A stretch of DNA of 64,000 bases, taken from positions 801,264 to 865,263 of the forward strand of contig CAXBOT010000001.1 in the NCBI GenBank assembly GCA_963977495.1. The letters run 5' to 3'. This DNA comes from an uncultured Alphaproteobacteria bacterium (GTDB taxonomy: Bacteria; Pseudomonadota; Alphaproteobacteria; Micavibrionales; Micavibrionaceae). Made by a program: the position numbers and the translations under genes. Position 1 is the stretch's first letter. Every line of letters starts with the position of its first letter. Of the stretch, positions 18,358-27,061 are shown piece after piece. The notes under the pieces were generated by a model, which saw only the letters and a program-made list of their open reading frames with translations, did not search any database and was not told the DNA's origin.

Positions 18358-19248
18358 ATGATTGAAAAATTTGTACATGCTGGAATTATTAATCCGCAGG
18401 ATGTTAATATGCTGCAAAAGGCTTGCGCGGACAAGGGCACGCGCGTCGTTTTCATCGATGCAACTTTTGTGCTCCCGACTTCAACGGAAAACATAGTCGA
18501 AAATTTTAATAAAAAACGCATTCAGGATGCTGTTTTCTTTGATATCAAGGCCATTGCCGACAAAACATCCCCCTTGCCGCATATGCTGCCCGATACCGAG
18601 CAATTCAGCGCAGCGATGAGCGCCCTTGGCATCCGAAACGACGATCTTCTGATTACCTACGGCCAACACAGCATGGTTGTCGGCCCTGCACGCGCATGGT
18701 GGATGTTTAAGGGGTTCGGACATCACAATGTTGTGGTTTTAAATGGCAGCCTCCCCGCATGGGAAAGCGCTAACCTGCCGCTCGATCACAATCCCCCGAC
18801 CACACTTGCGCCAAGCACCTACACGGCGACGACGTTCAACCCGCAGATGGTAATCGGCATGCATGGCGTGCTTGAGGCTTCCAATGACGCCCTATGCCCG
18901 ATTATTGATGCGCGCCCCGCACAACGTTTCCACGGTGAAAGCCCTGAACCCAGAGCAGGCATGCGTGCAGGCCACATGCCGAATGCATCGAGCGTCCCCA
19001 GTTCCGCCCTAACCGATGAGCATGGACTGCTGAAATCACGCGAACAGCTCACCGCCCTTTTTGAACAAGACGCGATCATCACGCAGAGCAAAGACAGCCG
19101 CATCATCACAACATGCGGCAGCGGCATCACGGCCTGCGCCCTTGCGCTGGCTTTGTATCATTTGGATCACCATAACGTCGCGGTTTATGACGGCTCGTGG
19201 AGCGAATGGGGGCTTGAAAGATCCGCCACGCCGATCTCAACAACATAA
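18358..19248 (+). CDS. sseA: 3-mercaptopyruvate sulfurtransferase (tandem rhodanese)
   Basis: Active-site loop TTCGSGITACALA; ARPAQRFHGE; 296 aa. Confidence 0.9.
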   Translation: MIEKFVHAGIINPQDVNMLQKACADKGTRVVFIDATFVLPTSTENIVENFNKKRIQDAVFFDIKAIADKTSPLPHMLPDTEQFSAAMSALGIRNDDLLITYGQHSMVVGPARAWWMFKGFGHHNVVVLNGSLPAWESANLPLDHNPPTTLAPSTYTATTFNPQMVIGMHGVLEASNDALCPIIDARPAQRFHGESPEPRAGMRAGHMPNASSVPSSALTDEHGLLKSREQLTALFEQDAIITQSKDSRIITTCGSGITACALALALYHLDHHNVAVYDGSWSEWGLERSATPISTT

Positions 19249-19263
19249 AACGGATATATCATC

Positions 19264-19932
19264 ATGCTCCCCTTTGAAAAACACATGCAATATAACGGCT
19301 CGAACGCCCATATCCGCATCCCCGAAGAGCCACAAGGATTGGCGTTTATTGCGCCGGGCGCAGCCGTATCACCGAATGATCCGCTCATTCAATCCGTTCG
19401 CCGCGCTTGTGAGGATAAAGGCATGGCCACCGTGGTTGCAGATTTAAGCCAAACACAACTCATCACAGATGATCCAAACCATGTGAATGGTCATTTCGTT
19501 ACAGAGCTTAAAAACATCATTGATGGCTATATGGCGGATAACGAATATGCGCCGGACACATTCGAATTGATCGGGCACAGTATGGGCGGCTCGGCGGCAC
19601 TGATGATTGCACAGGATTATCCAGTTTCCGCGCTCACGCTCTTAGACCCCACCCCCGTCAGCACAGACACGCTGGAGGGCATTGAAAGCCCGACAACGAT
19701 TATTGTGTCCAATGTGCGCTCCTTCAAGGCCAGCGGGCGCAGAATGGCCTCAACACTCGAAGATACGGGCGCATTAACCGCGCTTCACGAAATTGACACC
19801 AGCACAGAACGCGATAGCGGCCACCGCTTTGTTGGCGCAACCGATGCCATCGAAAACATCATCCGCTCACAAGACACCGCGCCCCCCGCTCCCACACCGC
19901 CCGAAGACATTCTGGATAAACCGGAGCAATAA
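19264..19932 (+). CDS. alpha/beta-fold hydrolase
   Basis: Nucleophile elbow LIGHSMGGSAA; 222 aa. Confidence 0.75.
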   Translation: MLPFEKHMQYNGSNAHIRIPEEPQGLAFIAPGAAVSPNDPLIQSVRRACEDKGMATVVADLSQTQLITDDPNHVNGHFVTELKNIIDGYMADNEYAPDTFELIGHSMGGSAALMIAQDYPVSALTLLDPTPVSTDTLEGIESPTTIIVSNVRSFKASGRRMASTLEDTGALTALHEIDTSTERDSGHRFVGATDAIENIIRSQDTAPPAPTPPEDILDKPEQ

Positions 19933-19999
19933 ACAGCGAGAAACATGCTCGCCGCTTTATTCATATACGCGTCTGATTTGTTGAAATGCTTTGAAATAC

Positions 20000-20449
20000 C
20001 TAAGACGGTAACCTGCAAAAGGAGAACCAATAGCCCATTATGCTGTTTACCATTATCACGGTATCGTTAATATCGAGCGGCTTAATGAAATAGCCACTCG
20101 CTCCATGCTCGTAACTCTGCTTTACATCATCCGGATTTTCAGAGACGGACAAAACAATGATCGGTATGTGTTTGAAGTCCTTGTCATCTTTTATGGTTTC
20201 TAAAAAGGCAAAACCGCCCATACCGGGCATGCTCAAATCCAACAGGATAAGAGAAGGGAGAATATGCTCTTGAGGGCTTAAACTCTGATCTTCATTATAT
20301 AAATAATCTAATGCTTGGAGGCCGCCTGAACAGTGTTTCAAACCAATATCAAAGCTAGACTTATCACAAGCCCGCCTGAGGGCTTCATAATCATGTTCGC
20401 TATCGTCAACTACCAAGACAAAATTTTCTGATTTCACTATCAATTCCAA
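20000..20449 (-). CDS. single-domain response regulator (Rcp1/phytochrome-associated type)
   Basis: VLVVDDSEHD, LILLDLSMPGMGG, YFIKP; C-terminal YWFSFCRLP resembles the Rcp1 ...FW...LP tail; non-ATG start. Confidence 0.85.
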   Translation of the reverse strand: MELIVKSENFVLVVDDSEHDYEALRRACDKSSFDIGLKHCSGGLQALDYLYNEDQSLSPQEHILPSLILLDLSMPGMGGFAFLETIKDDKDFKHIPIIVLSVSENPDDVKQSYEHGASGYFIKPLDINDTVIMVNSIMGYWFSFCRLPS

Positions 20450-20550
20450 AAACTCGTTATCTATTTCAAATACACAGTCTACCTAAATGTTCTTGTTTGG
20501 CAAATAAATATCGCAAACACATAAGAACCCATTGATTTTTTCGGCAATAT

Positions 20551-20578
20551 TTAGCGAAAAACCTATTTCTCTCGCTAA
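20551..20578. promoter_or_regulatory. inverted repeat TTAGCGA-N14-TCGCTAA in divergent response-regulator intergenic region
   Basis: Perfect 7-bp arms at 20551-20557 and 20572-20578. Confidence 0.3.
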
Positions 20579-20666
20579 AAAACACTAATTATGCTAAGTT
20601 TTCCTACGTTTTTAAATTGCGGGAGAAACTACGTAAGAAACCTTTTCAAACGAAAGGAGTAAAGTC

Positions 20667-21146
20667 ATGATCAGCGTATTACTTGTTGAAGATAATGAAT
20701 CTGACGCTTTCGCGATTAAACGGATTTTAAGTAAAAGTTTACATCAGGACTATCGCGTCTTGTGCGCTCGCAACATGATAGAAGCCCGCGCGCTTCTAAA
20801 AACCCAAAACCAATTTGATGTCATTTTGCTCGACCTAAACCTTCCCGACACTGAAACTGAACGCGATACGTACCAAGCGATGCGCAGCATTAATAAAAAT
20901 GTTCCTATTGTTATTTTGACCAGCTTTTCAGATAATAACCTGGCCGTAGAAACTCTAGACAAAGGTATTGAGGATTATGTTTTAAAGTCTTCTATTACAA
21001 GGGCTAACGGCTTGCTGAATGAAAAAATTGATTATGCCATCCACCGCCATCGGTACTACAAAAACCTTATCGAAGGAAAAGACAACGAGAAAGAGCAATT
21101 GATGAACATGATTTCCGGCGGTTATTCTGCCTCGTCTTCATCCTAA
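20667..21146 (+). CDS. single-domain response regulator with short C-terminal extension
   Basis: VLLVEDNESD, VILLDLNLPD, YVLKS; GGAG RBS upstream. Confidence 0.85.
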   Translation: MISVLLVEDNESDAFAIKRILSKSLHQDYRVLCARNMIEARALLKTQNQFDVILLDLNLPDTETERDTYQAMRSINKNVPIVILTSFSDNNLAVETLDKGIEDYVLKSSITRANGLLNEKIDYAIHRHRYYKNLIEGKDNEKEQLMNMISGGYSASSSS

Positions 21147-21207
21147 GAGCTCTTCGGGCTTGGGTTTTTGTGTAATCAAAAAGACATAGAATATAAGGCC
21201 AATAAAC

Positions 21208-22791
21208 ATGCCCGATAAGGCGGATTCATTAAAACAAATTCAAAAATATTTAGAGGGCATTCTCGATACCCTTCCCAGTGCTGTGTTCATCAAAGATGCA
21301 GAACATCTGAAGTTCGTTTACATAAACAAAATGGCGGAGACGTTTTTAGGTTTCAAAAATGAGGAAATGATCGGAAAAAATGACTATGACTTTTTCCCGA
21401 AAGATCAGGCTGATTTTTTCATCTCAAAGGATCGGGACGTTTTTAAAAAAGAAAAAATGGTCGATATCCATGAAGAACCCATAGAGCTGTCTTCTGGTGA
21501 AATGCGGTGGCTGCACACAAAAAAAATCCCTTTTTATGATCTGGATGAAACACAAGGTAACAATAAAAAACCGCTATTTCTTGTTGGTATTTTTGATGAC
21601 ATCACAGTGCGAAAAGATACAGAAGAAAAGCTGAAGCTGGCACGTTTAGAAATTGAGCAAAAATATCATGAAACACAGAACGTCTTCAAAATCATTCTAG
21701 ACAGTACAATCGACGGCTTTATCACAACAGATGAACACGGCATCATCAAAACCTATAACAATGCTTGTAATTCGATGTTCGGCTATCAAATGAATGAGGC
21801 CATTCTTTTTAACATCGACAAGCTCATACCGGAATTAAACCGTGCAACATTTAAAAAGTATAAAAAGCAACTGTCCGAACAGGAGGGAGACACACTTCTT
21901 ATCAAAGGTTTGATGGGACAAAACGACAATAACAATAAATTCCCCATAAATTTAACATTCAAACAATTAGGGCAAAGCTATAGTGAAAATTATGTCCTTA
22001 TTATCCACGACATAACTGAAAAAATCATAGCTCAGAAACAACAAGAAAAGCACCTGCTTGATCTGGAAACAAAAAACCGAGAGCTTAACGATTTCACATA
22101 CATTGCATCCCATGACTTAAAAGGGCCTTTACGCGGCATTCACAACTATGCCAGTTTTTTAGCCGAAGACTATGAAAGCAAGTTGGATGACAAGGGCAAA
22201 AACATGTTGTTCACCCTAACCAATTTAACGCGGCAACTGGAAGAGTATCTTGATACTTTGCTGCAATATTCACGTTTAGGTCGCAATGACTTAAATTTGG
22301 AAACGACCAACTTGAACGCGCTTATTGATAGTGTCGCGAGCCTGTACCATCCGGAGATGGATAAAAAAAACGTCACGTTTAAAGTGAACCCGCTCCCCAA
22401 CATAATATGCGACTCTGTCCTCATTAAAGAGGTCATCCATAACCTGATAAACAATGCGTTGAAGTATAATGATAATCAAAAAAATACTATAGAAATTGGC
22501 TATATAGAAAACCATGAACGGCACGCCAATCATCACGTGATTTACATTGCTGATAATGGCATTGGTATAGACCCTAAGTTTCACGACGCCGTTTTCAAAA
22601 TATTCAAGCGACTGCATGCTAAAGATCAATATGAAGGCGGCAGTGGCTCGGGCCTTACAATTTCACAAAAGATTGTGAGCCGTCACGGCGGCTTTATCTG
22701 GGTTGAATCTGAGGGGAAAGACAGGGGCTGCACAGTTTGTTTTTCACTGCCCAAAAACTACGAACACATTGAAGGTATTTTGGAGAGTTGA
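21208..22791 (+). CDS. PAS-PAS sensor histidine kinase (cytoplasmic)
   Basis: Two PAS modules; H-box IASHDLKGPLRGI; N-box NLINNALKY; G1 DNGIGI; G2 GGSGSGLTIS. Confidence 0.9.
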   Translation: MPDKADSLKQIQKYLEGILDTLPSAVFIKDAEHLKFVYINKMAETFLGFKNEEMIGKNDYDFFPKDQADFFISKDRDVFKKEKMVDIHEEPIELSSGEMRWLHTKKIPFYDLDETQGNNKKPLFLVGIFDDITVRKDTEEKLKLARLEIEQKYHETQNVFKIILDSTIDGFITTDEHGIIKTYNNACNSMFGYQMNEAILFNIDKLIPELNRATFKKYKKQLSEQEGDTLLIKGLMGQNDNNNKFPINLTFKQLGQSYSENYVLIIHDITEKIIAQKQQEKHLLDLETKNRELNDFTYIASHDLKGPLRGIHNYASFLAEDYESKLDDKGKNMLFTLTNLTRQLEEYLDTLLQYSRLGRNDLNLETTNLNALIDSVASLYHPEMDKKNVTFKVNPLPNIICDSVLIKEVIHNLINNALKYNDNQKNTIEIGYIENHERHANHHVIYIADNGIGIDPKFHDAVFKIFKRLHAKDQYEGGSGSGLTISQKIVSRHGGFIWVESEGKDRGCTVCFSLPKNYEHIEGILES

Positions 22792-23180
22792 AACCAATAT
22801 TCTTTAACCCTATCCACGATATGATAGAGTTTTTCAACATCCAGAGGCTTCACAAAGTAACTATTTGCCCCCTGCCGATAGCATTCCAGAATATCATCTT
22901 CAGAATTGGAAGATGTAAAAATCAAGACCGGCAGCATTTTTGTGCCCTCTTCACTTCTGATGTGCTGTAAAAAGTCGATACCGCTCATGCCCGGTAAGTT
23001 CAAATCCAGCATTATGAGGCACGGTTGTTTATAGGTTTCATTATCAGATGCCATTTTTATATATTCAACAGCCTTCTCAGCCGTAGAACAACGATGGACG
23101 GGGTCTTCAAAACCCGATCTTTCAAAGGCTCTCTTCAGCGCTTCGAAATCAGTATCACTGTCTTCAATAATTAGTATCAT
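22758..23180 (-). CDS. single-domain response regulator (Rcp1 type)
   Basis: ILIIEDSDTD, LIMLDLNLPGMSG, YFVKP, YWFQLSKIP tail; 34-nt convergent overlap with the kinase gene. Confidence 0.85.
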   Translation of the reverse strand: MILIIEDSDTDFEALKRAFERSGFEDPVHRCSTAEKAVEYIKMASDNETYKQPCLIMLDLNLPGMSGIDFLQHIRSEEGTKMLPVLIFTSSNSEDDILECYRQGANSYFVKPLDVEKLYHIVDRVKEYWFQLSKIPSMCS

Positions 23181-23364
23181 GGCACTTCAAATAATATATT
23201 TGATTTGAATCTATCATAACGAAGTAAAAATTATAACTTTTAACATAAATAATATACATACTATCTATCTCGGCGAGCGACACGGCTCTTTCCGCAGGAT
23301 AATTATAGCGCGCGAAACCGATAAAACAATATTCGAAGCGATCTAACCCAACGATATTTCATCA

Positions 23365-24951
23365 CTAAAAGAGCCTTAGAATGGTTCTTTCTGAATTTGC
23401 CGCCAACCCCAAGGCAACCACGCCCAGAGTTTGCCTTATCTGCGTCGCAAGAAGCTCTGCGCCGTCACGATTGGGGTCGGACAGCACCAAATCATCTGCA
23501 CCCGCTCTGTGAGTTTTAATCTTCCCCTGCGTAAACTCAAGGCGGACATCTAATAAGGATATGCTCGTACTGAGCGAGGTTGAATACGCCCTTACATTTT
23601 CACGGGCATCTCTGATAGAGCTTATAATGGCGTCAACATCATCCAGATCGTTGAAATCAAACCGTTTCAAGCCTAATCCATTGGCACTTAAATCCTCCCC
23701 CTTGAGCTCCAGAAAATTTGATTTTTCCGGGTTAAAGTTTGTTTTGAGTGTGTCGTTACGTAATAAGCTCACGCCCCTATAATTTGCATCTATCGTCACC
23801 TTATCTATTTCCTCAAGAACCTTTTCATAATCGCTGTTGTAATAAGAATAGGATGTAGATGTGTTGATTGAACTTGCATGGCTTTCAAGCTCGCCTTGCG
23901 TGAGCGCTGTATTATGGATCGCGACATCAGATATGCGCCCCGCAAAATTAAACCCGTTTGCTGCGGAACTTTCGCCATCGTGAAATTGTGCACCGCCATT
24001 CATCCCGCCAATACCAACATCGCCGGAATGGGATGGAAAAAGGGCATCGCCCGCCAAAGTCACAGATCCCATTAAGGCACCATCGAGATAGCCGGAAAAA
24101 CTATTGGCGGGCGCATCCAGGACAAAGGCCACATGATATGTTTGTCCCGCAACAATGGGGGCATTGATATTGATATTCGTAAATCTATTCGCGCCGCTAT
24201 CATCTTCCGCAGTGACATAAAGGCTGCCGTTATCAATATAAATCGTCAGGCCGTTTACCTGTGCCCCCTCCTCATAAAGTATTTGTCTGGGCGTAGTGTT
24301 ATCCGCGTTAAAAACAAGCTCAACGGTTCGCCTTGAAATGCTGGAAAGATTAATCATGGACGAATCGCTTACGCTAATTCGATCGTTCACCCCATCAAAC
24401 TGAACACTTGGGGACGCGCCATTAGGATAGAGCGCAGGCGCGTTGGCGGATGCACCGCTGCTATATGACGCCCCAACAGGCCCCGCAGCGCCGGAACCGT
24501 AATCTATAATAGGCCCTGCCGTTTCATTGAGGCGGTAATAAACATCAGGAGCTTGGCTTAGTATTTGACTGCTTAGCGTTGGCCCGCTGTTATCCGTCTC
24601 TACTTTGTAAAGCGCAGGGTCGCTCTCTCCGATTGTTAAAAAATCTTTCGTTTTTTGGGCTATTGCCTCGGCCTGCCCCAATAGTCTTTCTGTTGCATCA
24701 AGACCGTGAAAAGTTTCCTCTAACGTTCGCTTACTTTGCGAGATGCCATCCAGAAGGCGGCTATAATCCGCCGCGGTGTTACTTAAGCTCAGTGAGGTAA
24801 AATAATTATGAGGATTGTCTAAGGCTGAGTTTACTTTTTTGCCTGTCGCCAGCTTTAATTGAACAGAATCAATAAGCCGCGCCGAGTTTTTAAGCGCAGT
24901 CAGGTTCTTTAAAAAAGATGCGTTTAGGATGTTTCCTACAACCTTAACCAC
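23365..24951 (-). CDS. flagellin-family protein (Bradyrhizobium/DUF1522-type termini) with central LamG/concanavalin-like insert
   Basis: GTG start. N-terminus LATGKKVNSALDNPHNYFTSLSL...LLDGISQ. C-terminus DGAELLATQIRQTLGVVALGLAANSERTILRLF. Centre VQFDGVNDRISV...YHVAFVLDA...GYLDG...FAGRISDVAIHNTALTQGELE is a Laminin_G_3 pattern. Confidence 0.8.
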   Translation of the reverse strand: MVKVVGNILNASFLKNLTALKNSARLIDSVQLKLATGKKVNSALDNPHNYFTSLSLSNTAADYSRLLDGISQSKRTLEETFHGLDATERLLGQAEAIAQKTKDFLTIGESDPALYKVETDNSGPTLSSQILSQAPDVYYRLNETAGPIIDYGSGAAGPVGASYSSGASANAPALYPNGASPSVQFDGVNDRISVSDSSMINLSSISRRTVELVFNADNTTPRQILYEEGAQVNGLTIYIDNGSLYVTAEDDSGANRFTNININAPIVAGQTYHVAFVLDAPANSFSGYLDGALMGSVTLAGDALFPSHSGDVGIGGMNGGAQFHDGESSAANGFNFAGRISDVAIHNTALTQGELESHASSINTSTSYSYYNSDYEKVLEEIDKVTIDANYRGVSLLRNDTLKTNFNPEKSNFLELKGEDLSANGLGLKRFDFNDLDDVDAIISSIRDARENVRAYSTSLSTSISLLDVRLEFTQGKIKTHRAGADDLVLSDPNRDGAELLATQIRQTLGVVALGLAANSERTILRLF

Positions 24952-25253
24952 ACAGAATCCTTCTGTTAATGTTTAGGTCATTTATACTAACATACAAGCG
25001 CTTAACTTATAATTAAACGAAACATGGTGCGTAATCTATAGGCATAAGAATTCCCAAAAATCTACACGTTTAAGCTGTTTGAATACTCCGCGCGGTGCTC
25101 ACTTCCACGCCATATTACAGATATAGTCGAAAAATTTGGCGGAAAACCACAGTATTTATACTTTTTTAATTTAAATATCGTAACTTTTGTATTCATAGAT
25201 CAAACTGGGACTAAGCACATACGATTCACAAATACTCTTCGAAAAAGACGCTT

Positions 25254-25673
25254 TTGGCTGAAATAGAACAGCTCAATAATAAAATTTCTCAAATTGAAAA
25301 ACAAAACCAAGCCATTCTAAACAACTCACCAGCATGTACAAAAATAATTGATCTTGATTACAATTTACAATACATGAGCGCCAGCGGCATCAATGCCCTT
25401 GATATTGATGACATCACAAAATTTTACAATAAACCATATCCTTTAGAATTTTACCCCAGTTCGTTCAAAAGCGATATGGCGGCAAGCCTTAAGCAATGCA
25501 AGGAAACAAATAAAACTGTTATACACGAGGCGCCCATTACTAATCGGCTGGGGAACACATTGTGGTTTCATTCCTCCATCGTGCCCATAAGTGATGACAG
25601 CGGAAATATAGAGTATTTCTTAGTGGTCTCCTCGGACATCACAGAATTCAAAAAGCCTTCTGAAACCTCATAG
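25254..25673 (+). CDS. stand-alone PAS-domain protein with N-terminal coiled coil
   Basis: TTG start; PAS core SPACTKIIDLDYNLQYMSASG...WFHSSIVPISDDSGNIEYFLVVSSDITE; no output domain. Confidence 0.6.
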   Translation: MAEIEQLNNKISQIEKQNQAILNNSPACTKIIDLDYNLQYMSASGINALDIDDITKFYNKPYPLEFYPSSFKSDMAASLKQCKETNKTVIHEAPITNRLGNTLWFHSSIVPISDDSGNIEYFLVVSSDITEFKKPSETS

Positions 25674-25765
25674 AAATCCAAGAGTTTTAGAACAAACCCA
25701 CACACTAAAACTCAATGGATGATGGGGCGATCAGAAAATTGGAAATATGGGGTTATTTGTGAGAT

Positions 25766-26083
25766 TTATCTTAAGCTATCCAAATCCTCTATATCCGTCT
25801 GGCGTCCATCACAAATTGTCCATTCTTTTGGCGCCCCCGTGCATCCCTCCATGCACAGCCCTCCAGAGGTTCCGATGACCTCAAGGTTTTCATCCAAATA
25901 ATAAGCCGGCCCGTCTACTGCTGCTCCACAATCCACATAAACCATATCGTCGCACGTTCGAACGATTGTGCATTCAGAACCATACTTCATTCTGACCTGT
26001 ACACTTTGATCTTTCATGGCAAATGCTGCTCCTGCAATTCCAAAAGCCATAATCAAAAAAGCCAAAACTATTTTCTTTTTCAT
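25766..26083 (-). CDS. small secreted Cys-rich protein
   Basis: Signal peptide MKKKIVLAFLIMAFGIAGAAFA; six Cys in ~80-aa mature part. Confidence 0.6.
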   Translation of the reverse strand: MKKKIVLAFLIMAFGIAGAAFAMKDQSVQVRMKYGSECTIVRTCDDMVYVDCGAAVDGPAYYLDENLEVIGTSGGLCMEGCTGAPKEWTICDGRQTDIEDLDSLR

Positions 26084-26099
26084 ACTTTGCCCTTATCAC

Positions 26100-26423
26100 T
26101 CATTTTTCATGCTCAAAATATGGATCTCCGTCCATCCAGTATATATCATACTTTTTTTGCAGTCTTTTTAGAAATGGCTCCATATCAGAAGCTAAGTTAA
26201 CAGCTTGGAGAGAGTCTACCCCATAAACATCAGAATATGTTTCATCTAAGCCTTCAACTATAACATGGCACCCAAAACACCCTTTCCCAACAGGAAAATT
26301 CACTGTGCTTTGGTCTACTAGAAAGGGCTCGCTTATTCGAATAGAAAACTCCTTTAGAACACTGTCTCCTTTTGTAGAGTACTGAAGTTTTCTTTCTGCT
26401 ATAAATTTTTCCATACTGGCCAT
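26100..26423 (-). CDS. hypothetical protein (107 aa)
   Basis: ATG ORF 16 nt upstream of the secreted protein gene, same strand; no recognised motif. Confidence 0.55.
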   Translation of the reverse strand: MASMEKFIAERKLQYSTKGDSVLKEFSIRISEPFLVDQSTVNFPVGKGCFGCHVIVEGLDETYSDVYGVDSLQAVNLASDMEPFLKRLQKKYDIYWMDGDPYFEHEK

Positions 26424-26598
26424 TGCCCCCTAGCATACGCGCTTGGACTATGAGTGCTCTGCGCTATGCTCACTAAGCTCCATACGGTAGATATTACCGC
26501 ACATAAGGTGACGCCGTCCAGACTTCATAGAAGTCTGTAGCGCACCTGAAAAGCGAAGATATTAGAAGATATTAAGCGATGTCTAAGGAAGGTCTAAA

Positions 26599-26645
26599 TG
26601 GTGGGTGATGACGGGATCGAACCGCCGACCCTCTCGGTGTAAACA
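26599..26645 (-). pseudogene. truncated tRNA-Val(TAC) gene: 3' half only (anticodon loop to CCA); att-site-like remnant
   Basis: Minus strand reads TTTACAC-CGAGA-GGGTC-GGCGG-TTCGATC-CCGTC-ATCACCC-A-CCA. This near-matches enterobacterial tRNA-Val T arm and acceptor. The upstream 30 nt cannot supply the acceptor 5' strand, D arm or anticodon-stem 5' strand. Confidence 0.75.
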
Positions 26646-26650
26646 CAGTT

Positions 26651-26747
26651 ACTGCCCCTTAAAACGGCAGAAAATCAGGCCAATTCCCTACCCTAAATAA
26701 CAAGTGCGAATCGAAAATTAACGTTTTTACTGCCCCATAACTGCCCC
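26651..26747 (+). repeat. three direct copies of ACTGCCCC next to the truncated end of the tRNA fragment (possible recombinase arm-type sites)
   Basis: Copies at 26651-26658, 26729-26736 and 26740-26747; flanks T(T/A)ACTGCCCC. Confidence 0.45.
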
Positions 26748-27061
26748 AAACTATGTAAAACAAAAACACCAAATAGCGTCTAGAAGATGATACAAGCCCT
26801 TCAAATACTAAATCTTCATCCTTAAGATAAGTTGGTTGCAGGGGCTCGCAACATTTTAATACTGCTTTTCAATAAGATCGAAGCGGAAGACCTAAGAACT
26901 TTTAATTCTTTCAATAACTTAATGAATAATCAAGAATAGGACGGCTGCGTGTATCTCGGTCAAAATTTAATTAAAAGAAACAAATATAGAGTCCACGAGC
27001 CTTGATAAAATCATGCTAATTTTGCATCGCTAGAAGTTACCCCCCACAACTACGCTGTTTT

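Noticed and set aside
19061-19447. 128-aa ORF spanning the sseA / hydrolase junction
   Set aside because: It is out of frame with two well-supported genes and has an Arg/Ser-rich composition typical of an alternative frame in GC-richer DNA.
19933-19999. GCGAG-aaacatg-CTCGC hairpin as a bidirectional intrinsic terminator
   Set aside because: The stem is only 5 bp and there is no clear U-tract on either strand. I could not verify any convincing rho-independent terminator in the window by eye.
23300-23320. CCGATAA, resembling a sigma28 -10 element, near the flagellin-like gene
   Set aside because: It is on the plus strand downstream of the minus-strand gene and points into its 3' end, and no TAAA -35 element lies at the right spacing.
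25085-25105. Sigma54-like TGGCGT-N5-TGAGCA (minus strand) upstream of the flagellin-like gene
   Set aside because: The GC dinucleotide is displaced by one position and TTGC is not matched, which is too weak to call.
26599-26680. Possible intact tRNA-Val gene on the minus strand
   Set aside because: Only the 3' ~45 nt fold as tRNA. The sequence where GGGTGAT (acceptor 5' strand), the D arm and the anticodon-stem 5' strand should be reads ...AAGGGGCAGTAACTGTG and cannot pair, so it is reported as a fragment and not as a tRNA gene.
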